IMG/VR virus record: IMGVR_UViG_3300032246_001967
Coordinates: 1 to 64,000 of that record
Source of the DNA: a virus
Reading direction: 5' to 3' (one strand)
DNA: 64,000 bases
In this document: piece by piece, positions 20,355 to 28,882 of the stretch
How the letters are laid out: the number at the start of each line of letters is the position of its first letter
Position numbering within the stretch: position 1 is the first letter of the stretch
Position numbers and translations under genes: made by a program
The notes under the pieces: model-generated
Databases searched by the model: none
Seen by the model: the letters and a program-made list of their open reading frames with translations, nothing else
Told to the model about the DNA's origin: nothing

Positions 20355-21113
20355 ATGATTGGACTGGTCTCTTTATTAAAAGAAATACAAGGTAAACCTA
20401 AAGCTATTTTTATGGCAGGTCCAGCAGGATCAGGGAAATCATTTATTGCTTCTAAATTAATTCCTTCAAATTTTAATATTATTAATAGTGATGACACTTA
20501 TGAGGAATTACTTAAAGCAACTGGTTTAGGATTAAAACAAAAAGATTTTACTCCAGACCAATTATCTCAGGCCGCTAAATTACAAACTGTAGCTAGAAAA
20601 GAAACAGATAAAAAGTATCAGGAACTTACTAAAAATTTACAAAATGTAGTTATTGATGGTACAGGTGCTGCTACTAAACCTTTATTAAAGAAAAAAGAAG
20701 AGTTAGAATCATTAGGTTATGATACGTTTATGGTTATGGCTTACGTTCCTGTATTAGTTTCATTAGAACGTAATATGCAGCGAGAAAGAAGCTTAATGCC
20801 AGGTATTGTGCTTCGAACTTGGCGTGATGTAAATAAAAATATAGACACATATAAACAAGCTTTTGATGATAGTATCGTAATTGTGAATACAAGCGATAAT
20901 AAAGATTTAAATGTATTTTCAAAAGATAAATTACAAAAATATTTTGAACAATCCAAAGCAGTTGGTAAACCAAAAACACCTGAAGAACAACAAAAAGCAC
21001 AAGCAGAAAGAGACCAATTGATATCTGATATTGAAAAAATGTCGGTTAAGTTTCCTACTACTGATACATTAGAACAAGCAAAAACAAAAATAACTAACTT
21101 TATAAACAAATGA
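20355..21113 (+). CDS. P-loop kinase, zeta-toxin/AAA_33-like, with LLKE leader
   Basis: AGPAGSGKS, INSDD, VIDGTG, SLERNMQRER. Confidence 0.8.
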   Translation: MIGLVSLLKEIQGKPKAIFMAGPAGSGKSFIASKLIPSNFNIINSDDTYEELLKATGLGLKQKDFTPDQLSQAAKLQTVARKETDKKYQELTKNLQNVVIDGTGAATKPLLKKKEELESLGYDTFMVMAYVPVLVSLERNMQRERSLMPGIVLRTWRDVNKNIDTYKQAFDDSIVIVNTSDNKDLNVFSKDKLQKYFEQSKAVGKPKTPEEQQKAQAERDQLISDIEKMSVKFPTTDTLEQAKTKITNFINK

Positions 21114-21475
21114 AATTATTAGATTTATTAAACGAAATAGAAGAAGCAGAAAAAACTCATCTTGAACCAGTTGAAGAAGTTTACAAACCAATAGATGAAA
21201 TTGGTAAATTCTTTGTAGTTAAAAAACCTAAAAAAGGTATGACTAAAGAAGACCTTATGTATGAAGCAACTATCTTTGATAATATTATCCCTGAAGAAAC
21301 TCAAGGTGTATATAAACAAAAATCTGATGCTTCTAGAATAGCAACTGAAGCTTTTAAAGCGTATGAAGCTCAATTAGAAGAAATGGAATCAGCAATGAAT
21401 GATTTCCGTTCTGCTAAAAAAGATATTGAGGAAAAGAAAAAGGTTGCTAAAGAAAAAATAATGAAATTAAGATAA
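21110..21475 (+). CDS. Hypothetical protein with MKLLDLLNE leader
   Basis: Coupled ORF, K/E-rich. Confidence 0.6.
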   Translation: MKLLDLLNEIEEAEKTHLEPVEEVYKPIDEIGKFFVVKKPKKGMTKEDLMYEATIFDNIIPEETQGVYKQKSDASRIATEAFKAYEAQLEEMESAMNDFRSAKKDIEEKKKVAKEKIMKLR

Positions 21476-24072
21476 TGTCTGAAATAACAGAATCTTTATT
21501 AAAAGAACTGTTAGATGAGCCAATAACAGTAGCCATTTATGGTGGTGGTTTTAAACCTCCTACCAAAGGTCATTTTCTTGTAGTTGAAAAAGCATTACAA
21601 GAATTCCCTGAAATAGATGAATTAAAAATTTTTGTAGGTGGAGGAGTTAGAGATGGTATTACTCAAGATGAATCTATTAAAGTATGGGAAATTTATAAAC
21701 CCTACCTTTCAGATAAAATAGATATTGAAGCTTCTGTAGCCCCTGTTAAATCAGTTTTAGGATATGCTAAAGACCATCCTGAAGAAAAAGTTTATTGGAT
21801 TTTAGGCGCTCGTGAAGGTGATGAAGAAGATTTAAAAGATATTGAAAATAGAACTAAATCTTTATCTAAATACCCAAATATTGAAGTAAAAATTATCACT
21901 ACAGCTGGTGGTGTAAGTGGAACTAAAACCAGAGCCGCTATTAAATCAGGAAATAAAGAACAATTTTTCCATTTAATTCCAGACGTAAAAGAAAAAGAAG
22001 AAATCTGGAACATATTATCACCAGTAGTTAAAGAAGAATTAACTGAAGGTCGTTATGATTCATTAACTAGAACAGTTGTAAATGATATCTTAAACGATTG
22101 GAAATTACAATTTGATGGTGAAAATAGCGATTTAGAATTTGAAGAAGATTATGAAATGACAAATTCTAAAGGCGAACCTATTAATTTTGAACTTTATGCT
22201 GTTTTAAGAGTTAAAGAGACAAGTAATCATATTTACAAAGTAGATGGTGGTGCTGATCCTTTAAGAGATCCTGCTTATTTAGAAGTAAAATTTCAAGTAG
22301 ATCCTAGAGACTTACCTCAAAAATGGGAAGACATTTATATGGATTTAACTGATGTAGTTAGACATGAGATAGAACATATGACTCAACAGGGTACTAATGT
22401 TATTCCTTCTAAAAAAATGGAAGATGATGAGATACTAAGAAATCTTATTAATTTAAAATTATTACCTAAATCAGATTACTTCAGATTAGAACAAGAAATA
22501 GATGCTATGCTTCAAGGTATGTATTTGAAAGCTAAAAAATCTAAAACACCGTTTAAAGATGTAATCAATGATTATTTTGATAAAGTAAAATTATCAAAAA
22601 AAGATAGACAAGATATTTTATCTATTTGGAAAAATAGAGCTAAAGCTTTATCTTTACCTTTAAATGAAATTGGTGATGCAAGTGCTAAAGTATATCCTTT
22701 TACATCTAATAAATCACTTAAACAAATAATGGATAAGGCTATTGATTTTAAAAACCACGATCATATTTATCCATATTATTCTGATAATATTTTATATACA
22801 TTTGATACAGAAAAAGCCAGGTATCTTGTAGAAATATTAATCGACATGGAGATAATATCAAATACAAACTCAGCAAATAATCCTAACGAAAAATCAGAGC
22901 CATTATTTAATACAACATCCCAAGTTATTTTTACTACTGAAGGAAACCCAGGAGATGAAATTACTAATCTAAATGAACAGTACTCAGTTTTATCTACTAT
23001 TACTAAAATTATTTTAGAATTTGTTGAAGAATTTAATAAAAAAGGAGGAAATATAACCGCCGTTCAGATTGCTCCTAAAAGCGATAATGATAATTTATCT
23101 AAAATTGATTCAAAACGAGGAAAATTTTATACTGCTTATATTAAGAAGAATCTTTCAAAAGTTCCAGGATATAGTATTCGAGAAAAAACAAATTATGAGG
23201 GTCATGAATATATTGAAATCTATAAAACTAATAGTATAAATGAATTAGACAAGTCAAATCTCAAATCAATTAGTCAAAAAATTGATAGTTTACCTCAAGG
23301 TAAATTATTTGATGATGCTAAAAATATAGAAAGTATTTTTAATAAAAGTAAACATAGTTGGAACGAAACAATTGAATCTTTTGAAAAAAATAAAGATAAA
23401 GGTAAAGAACAATATGTTAATATAAACGATATTCATATTACTCAACCTAATATTCAGAGTAATAAGGTAAAAAATATGATTAAAAATATTGATAAATTAC
23501 CTGTTATTAATGTTGTTGAATTTCCTGATGGTGAAAAAGTGATTTATGATGGACACCATAGACTTATAGCTAATTGGGCTTTAGGGAATGAAAAAATCAA
23601 AGCAAACTTAGTTAAAATTGACAAATTAAAAGAAAATGATCCTTTTGGTATTAAGGCTTATGCTCGTGAATTAGTAAAAGAAACTTTTAAAAAAGATTGG
23701 AATCTTAAAGAAGGGATGTTATCTTTATCTAAGTATATGATTGACAATGGAATGAATATCAAACCATTGCCTAAAATAAAGGTTATAGATAACGACGCTG
23801 AAAATGCTTCTAATCTTTTGGGCAAAACAGCTTATTACAATCCTGCTGATAAGTCTATTACTTTATTCACTATGAATAGACACCCAAAAGATATTTTAAG
23901 ATCATTTGCCCACGAAATGGTTCATCATGAACAAAATTTAGATGGTCGATTAAATAATATAGCAACTCAAAATACAAACGAGGATGGTGATTTACCTGAA
24001 ATTGAAAGAGAGGCTTATGAAAAAGGAAATATGATGTTAAGAAATTGGGAGGATAATATAAAAAATGTATAA
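21475..24072 (+). CDS. Multidomain protein: HIGH-type nucleotidyltransferase, HExxH domain, unknown domain, ParB/Srx-like domain, second HExxH domain
   Basis: YGGGFKPPTKGH and SGTKTR; RHEIEH; IYDGHHRL; AHEMVH. Confidence 0.75.
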   Translation: MSEITESLLKELLDEPITVAIYGGGFKPPTKGHFLVVEKALQEFPEIDELKIFVGGGVRDGITQDESIKVWEIYKPYLSDKIDIEASVAPVKSVLGYAKDHPEEKVYWILGAREGDEEDLKDIENRTKSLSKYPNIEVKIITTAGGVSGTKTRAAIKSGNKEQFFHLIPDVKEKEEIWNILSPVVKEELTEGRYDSLTRTVVNDILNDWKLQFDGENSDLEFEEDYEMTNSKGEPINFELYAVLRVKETSNHIYKVDGGADPLRDPAYLEVKFQVDPRDLPQKWEDIYMDLTDVVRHEIEHMTQQGTNVIPSKKMEDDEILRNLINLKLLPKSDYFRLEQEIDAMLQGMYLKAKKSKTPFKDVINDYFDKVKLSKKDRQDILSIWKNRAKALSLPLNEIGDASAKVYPFTSNKSLKQIMDKAIDFKNHDHIYPYYSDNILYTFDTEKARYLVEILIDMEIISNTNSANNPNEKSEPLFNTTSQVIFTTEGNPGDEITNLNEQYSVLSTITKIILEFVEEFNKKGGNITAVQIAPKSDNDNLSKIDSKRGKFYTAYIKKNLSKVPGYSIREKTNYEGHEYIEIYKTNSINELDKSNLKSISQKIDSLPQGKLFDDAKNIESIFNKSKHSWNETIESFEKNKDKGKEQYVNINDIHITQPNIQSNKVKNMIKNIDKLPVINVVEFPDGEKVIYDGHHRLIANWALGNEKIKANLVKIDKLKENDPFGIKAYARELVKETFKKDWNLKEGMLSLSKYMIDNGMNIKPLPKIKVIDNDAENASNLLGKTAYYNPADKSITLFTMNRHPKDILRSFAHEMVHHEQNLDGRLNNIATQNTNEDGDLPEIEREAYEKGNMMLRNWEDNIKNV

Positions 24073-24607
24073 ATTTAAACTTACTAATACTTACAAACAA
24101 TTAAGAGAAGAAGAAACAACTACTCCGGAGCAAAAATATAAAATTTATTGCGATATGGATGGAGTATTATGTGATTTTGATGCTCGTTTTAAAAGTATTA
24201 ACCCAGAAAAATTATCACCATCTCAATATACAAACAAATATGGTGTTGATAAATTTTGGACAACAATTGACGCTGAAGGAGTTAAATTTTGGGTAGGAAT
24301 TAAATGGATGTCTGACGGTAAAGAATTATGGGATTATATTAAACAATATAACCCAACATTATTATCCGCGCCTTCAAGAGCCCCTTCATCACGTTTAGGA
24401 AAAAGATTATGGGTTAAAAACAACCTTCCAGGAACTCCATTAATTTTAGCATCAGCTGAAAAAAAACAGAATTATGCTAAAGGAAGCCATATACTTATAG
24501 ATGACCGACCAGACAATGTTAATCAATGGAAAAACAAAGGTGGGATTGGTATTTTACATATAAACACAGCAGACACAATTAAACAATTACAAAATTTAGG
24601 ATTATAA
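24065..24607 (+). CDS. HAD-family 5'(3')-deoxyribonucleotidase-like phosphatase
   Basis: CDMDGVLCDF, LLSAP, K, LIDDRPDN. Confidence 0.85.
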   Translation: MYKFKLTNTYKQLREEETTTPEQKYKIYCDMDGVLCDFDARFKSINPEKLSPSQYTNKYGVDKFWTTIDAEGVKFWVGIKWMSDGKELWDYIKQYNPTLLSAPSRAPSSRLGKRLWVKNNLPGTPLILASAEKKQNYAKGSHILIDDRPDNVNQWKNKGGIGILHINTADTIKQLQNLGL

Positions 24608-24609
24608 TT

Positions 24610-25605
24610 ATGGCATTTAAAAGAATAGTAGCTAACTCAGAAGAGGATTTAAAAACAATCATGAATGATATCATGAATTGGTTTAAGGAAACTAAAGATT
24701 ACAAAGTTGATTTTAGTAAAGAAAAACGTAAATTCTTAGACGACAATAAAAATATTGTTGAAAAAGATATTGATGTTATTAAAGTAGTAGATGGTGCTAA
24801 TGGTAAAGAAACCTCTATTAAATTTGTTCCTATGAAAGAAAAAGGAGAAATGAAAGTAGAAATAGGTGGAGAAGGTGAAGCGGCTATTGCTGGTAAAATT
24901 TCTAACCAAATGAAAAGTAAAGGAAAATTAAAAAGCTATAGTAAAGATAAAAAAGTTAAATTAGGTGAAGAAGACACTAAAAAACCTGAAATGACTGATG
25001 ATGAATTAATGAAAAAAATTAAATCATCTTTATCATTCCAAGTTTCAGGCGGTAAAAAAGGTAAACCTGGTTTAAAAGAATCTTTAGATAAAAGAATTGC
25101 TACTGTATTTTTTAAATATAAAGGTAAATCATTTCCTATGGATTATAAAACAGGTTCTATGTTTGAAAGATTCATTAATGATTTAACAAAATCAGGTGCT
25201 TTTAATAGTGAAGATGAAGTTTCTGATTTTATGGCGAGTGAAGAATTTGATTCTTATGCTAATAAATTTAATGTAGAAATTGATTGGGCAGAATATGATC
25301 CAACACCATTAGAATTAGCCCCTAAAGAACCAACAAATCCACAAGATTCAATTCCTGGTAGAGCACCTAAAGATTTTGTTAGTGCTGATATGCCTCATAG
25401 AGTATCTGATTTAATGGAAAAATTAAATAAAACAGGTAAATTAACTAAATCAGAATTAAAAGAAATCTTATTATACGAAAATATGGGTAGTAAAGTATCA
25501 AATTGGGATGATTTATATGATGAATGGTATTCTTTAGGTGATAAAAAATCATCATTTATTTCTTGGTTAAAAAATCATTTTAATCCTCCTACATATAAAA
25601 GATAA
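24610..25605 (+). CDS. Modular K/E-rich hypothetical protein
   Basis: Segments bounded by LGE, LKE, LME and a KSELKEILLYE repeat. Confidence 0.55.
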   Translation: MAFKRIVANSEEDLKTIMNDIMNWFKETKDYKVDFSKEKRKFLDDNKNIVEKDIDVIKVVDGANGKETSIKFVPMKEKGEMKVEIGGEGEAAIAGKISNQMKSKGKLKSYSKDKKVKLGEEDTKKPEMTDDELMKKIKSSLSFQVSGGKKGKPGLKESLDKRIATVFFKYKGKSFPMDYKTGSMFERFINDLTKSGAFNSEDEVSDFMASEEFDSYANKFNVEIDWAEYDPTPLELAPKEPTNPQDSIPGRAPKDFVSADMPHRVSDLMEKLNKTGKLTKSELKEILLYENMGSKVSNWDDLYDEWYSLGDKKSSFISWLKNHFNPPTYKR

Positions 25606-26186
25606 TGACTAAGGAAGAACGTAAAGAATATAATAAAAATTATTATTTAAACAATAAAGATTTAATAAAAAAGTCTAGAGATAATAATCAAGAAACTATA
25701 AAAAATTATAATAAAGATTATAGAGAAAAAAATAAAAATAAATTAAATCAATATAATAAACAATATAGAGAAAATAATTTAGAGTATTATAAAAATTACA
25801 ATAAACAATATAGAGAAAATAATCTAGATTATTTTAAACAATGGATAAATAATAATAGAGAATCAGTTAATTTAAAAACTAATCAAAGAAATAAATTAAA
25901 AAGAAAAAATAATCCTGAATATAAAATACAAGAAAGTACTAGAAGTAATATTTATAGAATTATAAAAAATAAAACTAAAAGTACTAACGAATATTTAGGT
26001 TGTAATTTTGAAGATTATAAAATATATTTAGAAAAAATGTTTACACCTGAAATGAATTGGAATAATTATGGAATTTATTGGGAAATAGATCATATTATTC
26101 CTTTAAGTAAAGAAGGAAGTTTTCATTATACTAACACCCGTCCTCTTACAATTACAGAAAATAGAAGTAAATATAATAAGTTATGA
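25605..26186 (+). CDS. HNH endonuclease (homing-type) with N-terminal YNKxYRENN repeats
   Basis: LGC...MNWNNYG..WEIDHIIPLS...HYTN..PL...EN..K. Confidence 0.85.
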   Translation: MTKEERKEYNKNYYLNNKDLIKKSRDNNQETIKNYNKDYREKNKNKLNQYNKQYRENNLEYYKNYNKQYRENNLDYFKQWINNNRESVNLKTNQRNKLKRKNNPEYKIQESTRSNIYRIIKNKTKSTNEYLGCNFEDYKIYLEKMFTPEMNWNNYGIYWEIDHIIPLSKEGSFHYTNTRPLTITENRSKYNKL

Positions 26187-26755
26187 GTAAAGAAAATAGT
26201 ATTTTAAAAAAAGAATTTAAATCACGTGATGTTGAGCGTTTACGTAATCTTGTAAAAGGGAAATACGGTGAACGTACATCTGTTGGTATTGGTTATAGTA
26301 AAGCAAAAGAGTTTCATAATGAAGGTGATGTTTGGGAAGAAGATGGTCGAACATGGACTATTAAAAACGGCTTAAAACAAAATATTACTAAATTAGATAA
26401 AGCAAAAGAAGGTATTGTATTGCCTTTGTTTTGTCCTAAATGTTCTAAAACAATGAAACCTCATTTAGATAAACAATGGTTTATAATTAATGGTCATTGT
26501 TTTAATTGCCAAGTAGACCATGAACATAAACTTCGTTTAGAAGGTAAATTTGAAGAAAACCAACAAGAACTTACTAATGATCTTGTTGATGGTGTTACTA
26601 AAGATTTTGAAATTTGGTTTAATGAAATGATTAACCATAAAGATCAATTTGTTACTGAAGCAGGAGATATTGAAAAATGGGATGGTACTGGTAAAGAACA
26701 ACTATTAAAACAAAAAGAAGAAGCACTTAAATATTTACAATCACTTAAAAAATAA
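26183..26755 (+). CDS. Hypothetical protein with CxxC...CxxC zinc finger
   Basis: FCPKC and HCFNC. Confidence 0.6.
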   Translation: MSKENSILKKEFKSRDVERLRNLVKGKYGERTSVGIGYSKAKEFHNEGDVWEEDGRTWTIKNGLKQNITKLDKAKEGIVLPLFCPKCSKTMKPHLDKQWFIINGHCFNCQVDHEHKLRLEGKFEENQQELTNDLVDGVTKDFEIWFNEMINHKDQFVTEAGDIEKWDGTGKEQLLKQKEEALKYLQSLKK

Positions 26756-27375
26756 TGGAACTTTTAGGAATGATAACAACTATAGTAGTAGCTCTAATTA
26801 CAGCAGTAATTGGACCTATAGTTATGGAATGGGTAAAAGCTAAATTAGCTAAAAAAGAAGAAAAAATATCAACTGTAAAAGAAGCAATTGATTTAAATGC
26901 TTTAGTTGATGGACAATTAGATCAAATGATGGATGAATTAGGATGTGATAGAATCTGGATCGCCCAATTCCATAATGGTGGTCATTTTTATCCTACAGGA
27001 AAATCAATCCAAAAATTTTCTTTTTTCTATGAAAAATTAACACCTAACACTCAGGCTATTCAACATGTTTTCCAACAAATTCCTGTTTCCTTATTTCCTA
27101 AAGCATTAGCTAAATTGTATAAAGACGGAGAATTAGCTATTCCAAGTTATAAAGATACTGAAACTTATGATTTAGAAGTATTTGCTCGTGATTACGGTAC
27201 TAAATCTTTTTATATGATTGCAATAGATGATTTGGATGAACATTTCATTGGAGTTATGGGTATATCATTTAATGATAAAGAACATAAATTATCCAAAGAA
27301 GAATGGATATTTATAAGACAGAAAGTGGGTGCTATTGGCTCATTATTAACAGATTATTTATATAAGAAAAAATGA
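26755..27375 (+). CDS. Single-TM plus GAF-like domain protein; candidate T4 T-type holin
   Basis: N-terminal TM; LGCDRIWIAQFHNG ... HFIGVMGISF GAF-like pattern. Confidence 0.55.
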   Translation: MELLGMITTIVVALITAVIGPIVMEWVKAKLAKKEEKISTVKEAIDLNALVDGQLDQMMDELGCDRIWIAQFHNGGHFYPTGKSIQKFSFFYEKLTPNTQAIQHVFQQIPVSLFPKALAKLYKDGELAIPSYKDTETYDLEVFARDYGTKSFYMIAIDDLDEHFIGVMGISFNDKEHKLSKEEWIFIRQKVGAIGSLLTDYLYKKK

Positions 27376-28121
27376 AAGACGCTCAAAAAATAAAAGAATT
27401 TTTCTCTAAACCTTTACAAGAAGAATCAAGAAACATTAGTAACATTAAAAAGAAATTAGATGCTTTAGGTGTTAAATATGAAATGTCTACTACTGATAAA
27501 GTTAGACCATTTAAAGTAATATACAAACCAATCAATAAATCAGATGAATTTTATGATAAGTTTAATGATATAGTTGATTTATTTAATTTAAAAGGTGTTG
27601 TAAAATCATCAATGAATGAAGCTAAAGAAGAAGATGCCGTTGATACAATTACAATGGATATTCCTTTATTCCTTCGTATGTTAGAATATTCAAGAGAAGA
27701 TGCTGCTCAAGATGTAGATTTACATGATGTTACTGAAAAAGCAAATACATTAGGTAAAGAAAGAGGTATCTTACAAATGGATGATTATGATGAGATTGTA
27801 GGTGCTGCTGAAGATAAAATTGAAGAAGCAGTTAACTTAAAAGCATCTAAATTATCAACTTCTGAATATCAAAAAGCTAAAAAATTAAAAGATTTTAAAG
27901 CAAGCGATTGGAAGTATGATTCTAAAGAAGATTTATATATTAAATCAGTTAAAGAAGCTACTGACTATATGAAACGTAGAAAAGCTATGGATGATTATGC
28001 CGCTAGTAAAAAAGATAAACCTGCCAAATTATATAATCCAAATCCTTCAGGTAAAACTGATTATATGAAACGTAGACAAAAAGATTTAGCTGAGGCAATT
28101 TTATCTAAATTAAAAAAATAA
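27372..28121 (+). CDS. Modular K/E-rich hypothetical protein
   Basis: Segments bounded by LQE, MNE, IEE, VKE, LAE; duplicated TDYMKRR. Confidence 0.55.
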   Translation: MKDAQKIKEFFSKPLQEESRNISNIKKKLDALGVKYEMSTTDKVRPFKVIYKPINKSDEFYDKFNDIVDLFNLKGVVKSSMNEAKEEDAVDTITMDIPLFLRMLEYSREDAAQDVDLHDVTEKANTLGKERGILQMDDYDEIVGAAEDKIEEAVNLKASKLSTSEYQKAKKLKDFKASDWKYDSKEDLYIKSVKEATDYMKRRKAMDDYAASKKDKPAKLYNPNPSGKTDYMKRRQKDLAEAILSKLKK

Positions 28122-28141
28122 TATATTTATACACATATAAT

Positions 28142-28705
28142 ATGAAAAAATTTGACTTAAGAAAGATGATAGCTGAAAATAAGGCTACATTTTTTGCTTC
28201 AATAAACGAAGGTGAAGCTGCTTATGAATACGAAAAAGGTAAAGAAGCAGGTGAAGCCATTGAAAAGAAAAAAATGAAAAAATCAGAATTAAAAGCTAAA
28301 ATCAAAGAAATGATTGTAGCTGAAATGGACGGTCCTGCTGTGGTTGATTCAGAATATGATTTCTTAAAAGAAATTGAAAATATGTTAGAAGCTGATGAAG
28401 AAGCTGATGCTGATATTGAAGCAGCAGATGATACCACAGGTGAAGACACTACAGCTGGTGAAGAAGTAGATACTACAGTAGATGTTTCTACAGATGAAGT
28501 TGATCCTAATATTAAAGCTGTACAAGATGCTTTAACTCAAGCACAAGCAGCAGCACAACAATTAGGTGATCCTAAATTAATGGACCAAATTGGTAACACA
28601 ATCACTTTCTTTACTCGCTCACACGTAGTTGAAAAACCAGGTGCCGCAGTAGCAGAAAATATTAATGAGTCTATGTTCCCAATGTTAAATAAAATTTTAA
28701 AATAA
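28142..28705 (+). CDS. Acidic putative head core/internal protein
   Basis: MKKFDLRKMIAE leader, internal KKSELKAKIKE, INE sites; late promoter at 28122. Confidence 0.55.
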   Translation: MKKFDLRKMIAENKATFFASINEGEAAYEYEKGKEAGEAIEKKKMKKSELKAKIKEMIVAEMDGPAVVDSEYDFLKEIENMLEADEEADADIEAADDTTGEDTTAGEEVDTTVDVSTDEVDPNIKAVQDALTQAQAAAQQLGDPKLMDQIGNTITFFTRSHVVEKPGAAVAENINESMFPMLNKILK

Positions 28706-28711
28706 AAGTAT

Positions 28712-28882
28712 ATGAACACAACAGAAATTTTTGAAAAAATTGAGATGTTATTTGAAGAATTTAAAGCAGAACATGCTAAAACTACAAAAGCAGCTCACGG
28801 TCGTGCTAGAAAAACTTTAGGTGAAATCAAGAAATTGGTTACCGAGTACAGAAAAGCATCTATCGAGGAAGATAAAAAATAA
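28712..28882 (+). CDS. Histone H1-like (Hc1-family) small DNA-binding protein, 56 aa
   Basis: Not in the ORF track. MNTTEIFEKIEMLFEEFKAEHAKTTKAAHGRARKTLGEIKKLVTEYRKASIEEDKK*; KAAxxRARK...K...EYRK matches the Hc1 N-terminal signature. Confidence 0.75.
   Translation: MNTTEIFEKIEMLFEEFKAEHAKTTKAAHGRARKTLGEIKKLVTEYRKASIEEDKK

Noticed and set aside
20355-21475. Epsilon/zeta toxin-antitoxin pair
   Set aside because: The neighbour shows no antitoxin features and lies downstream; the kinase family is broad.
25700-25830. Tandem AATAAACAATATAGAGAAAATAAT repeats
   Set aside because: They encode the YNKQYRENN helical repeats commonly seen in such HNH proteins.
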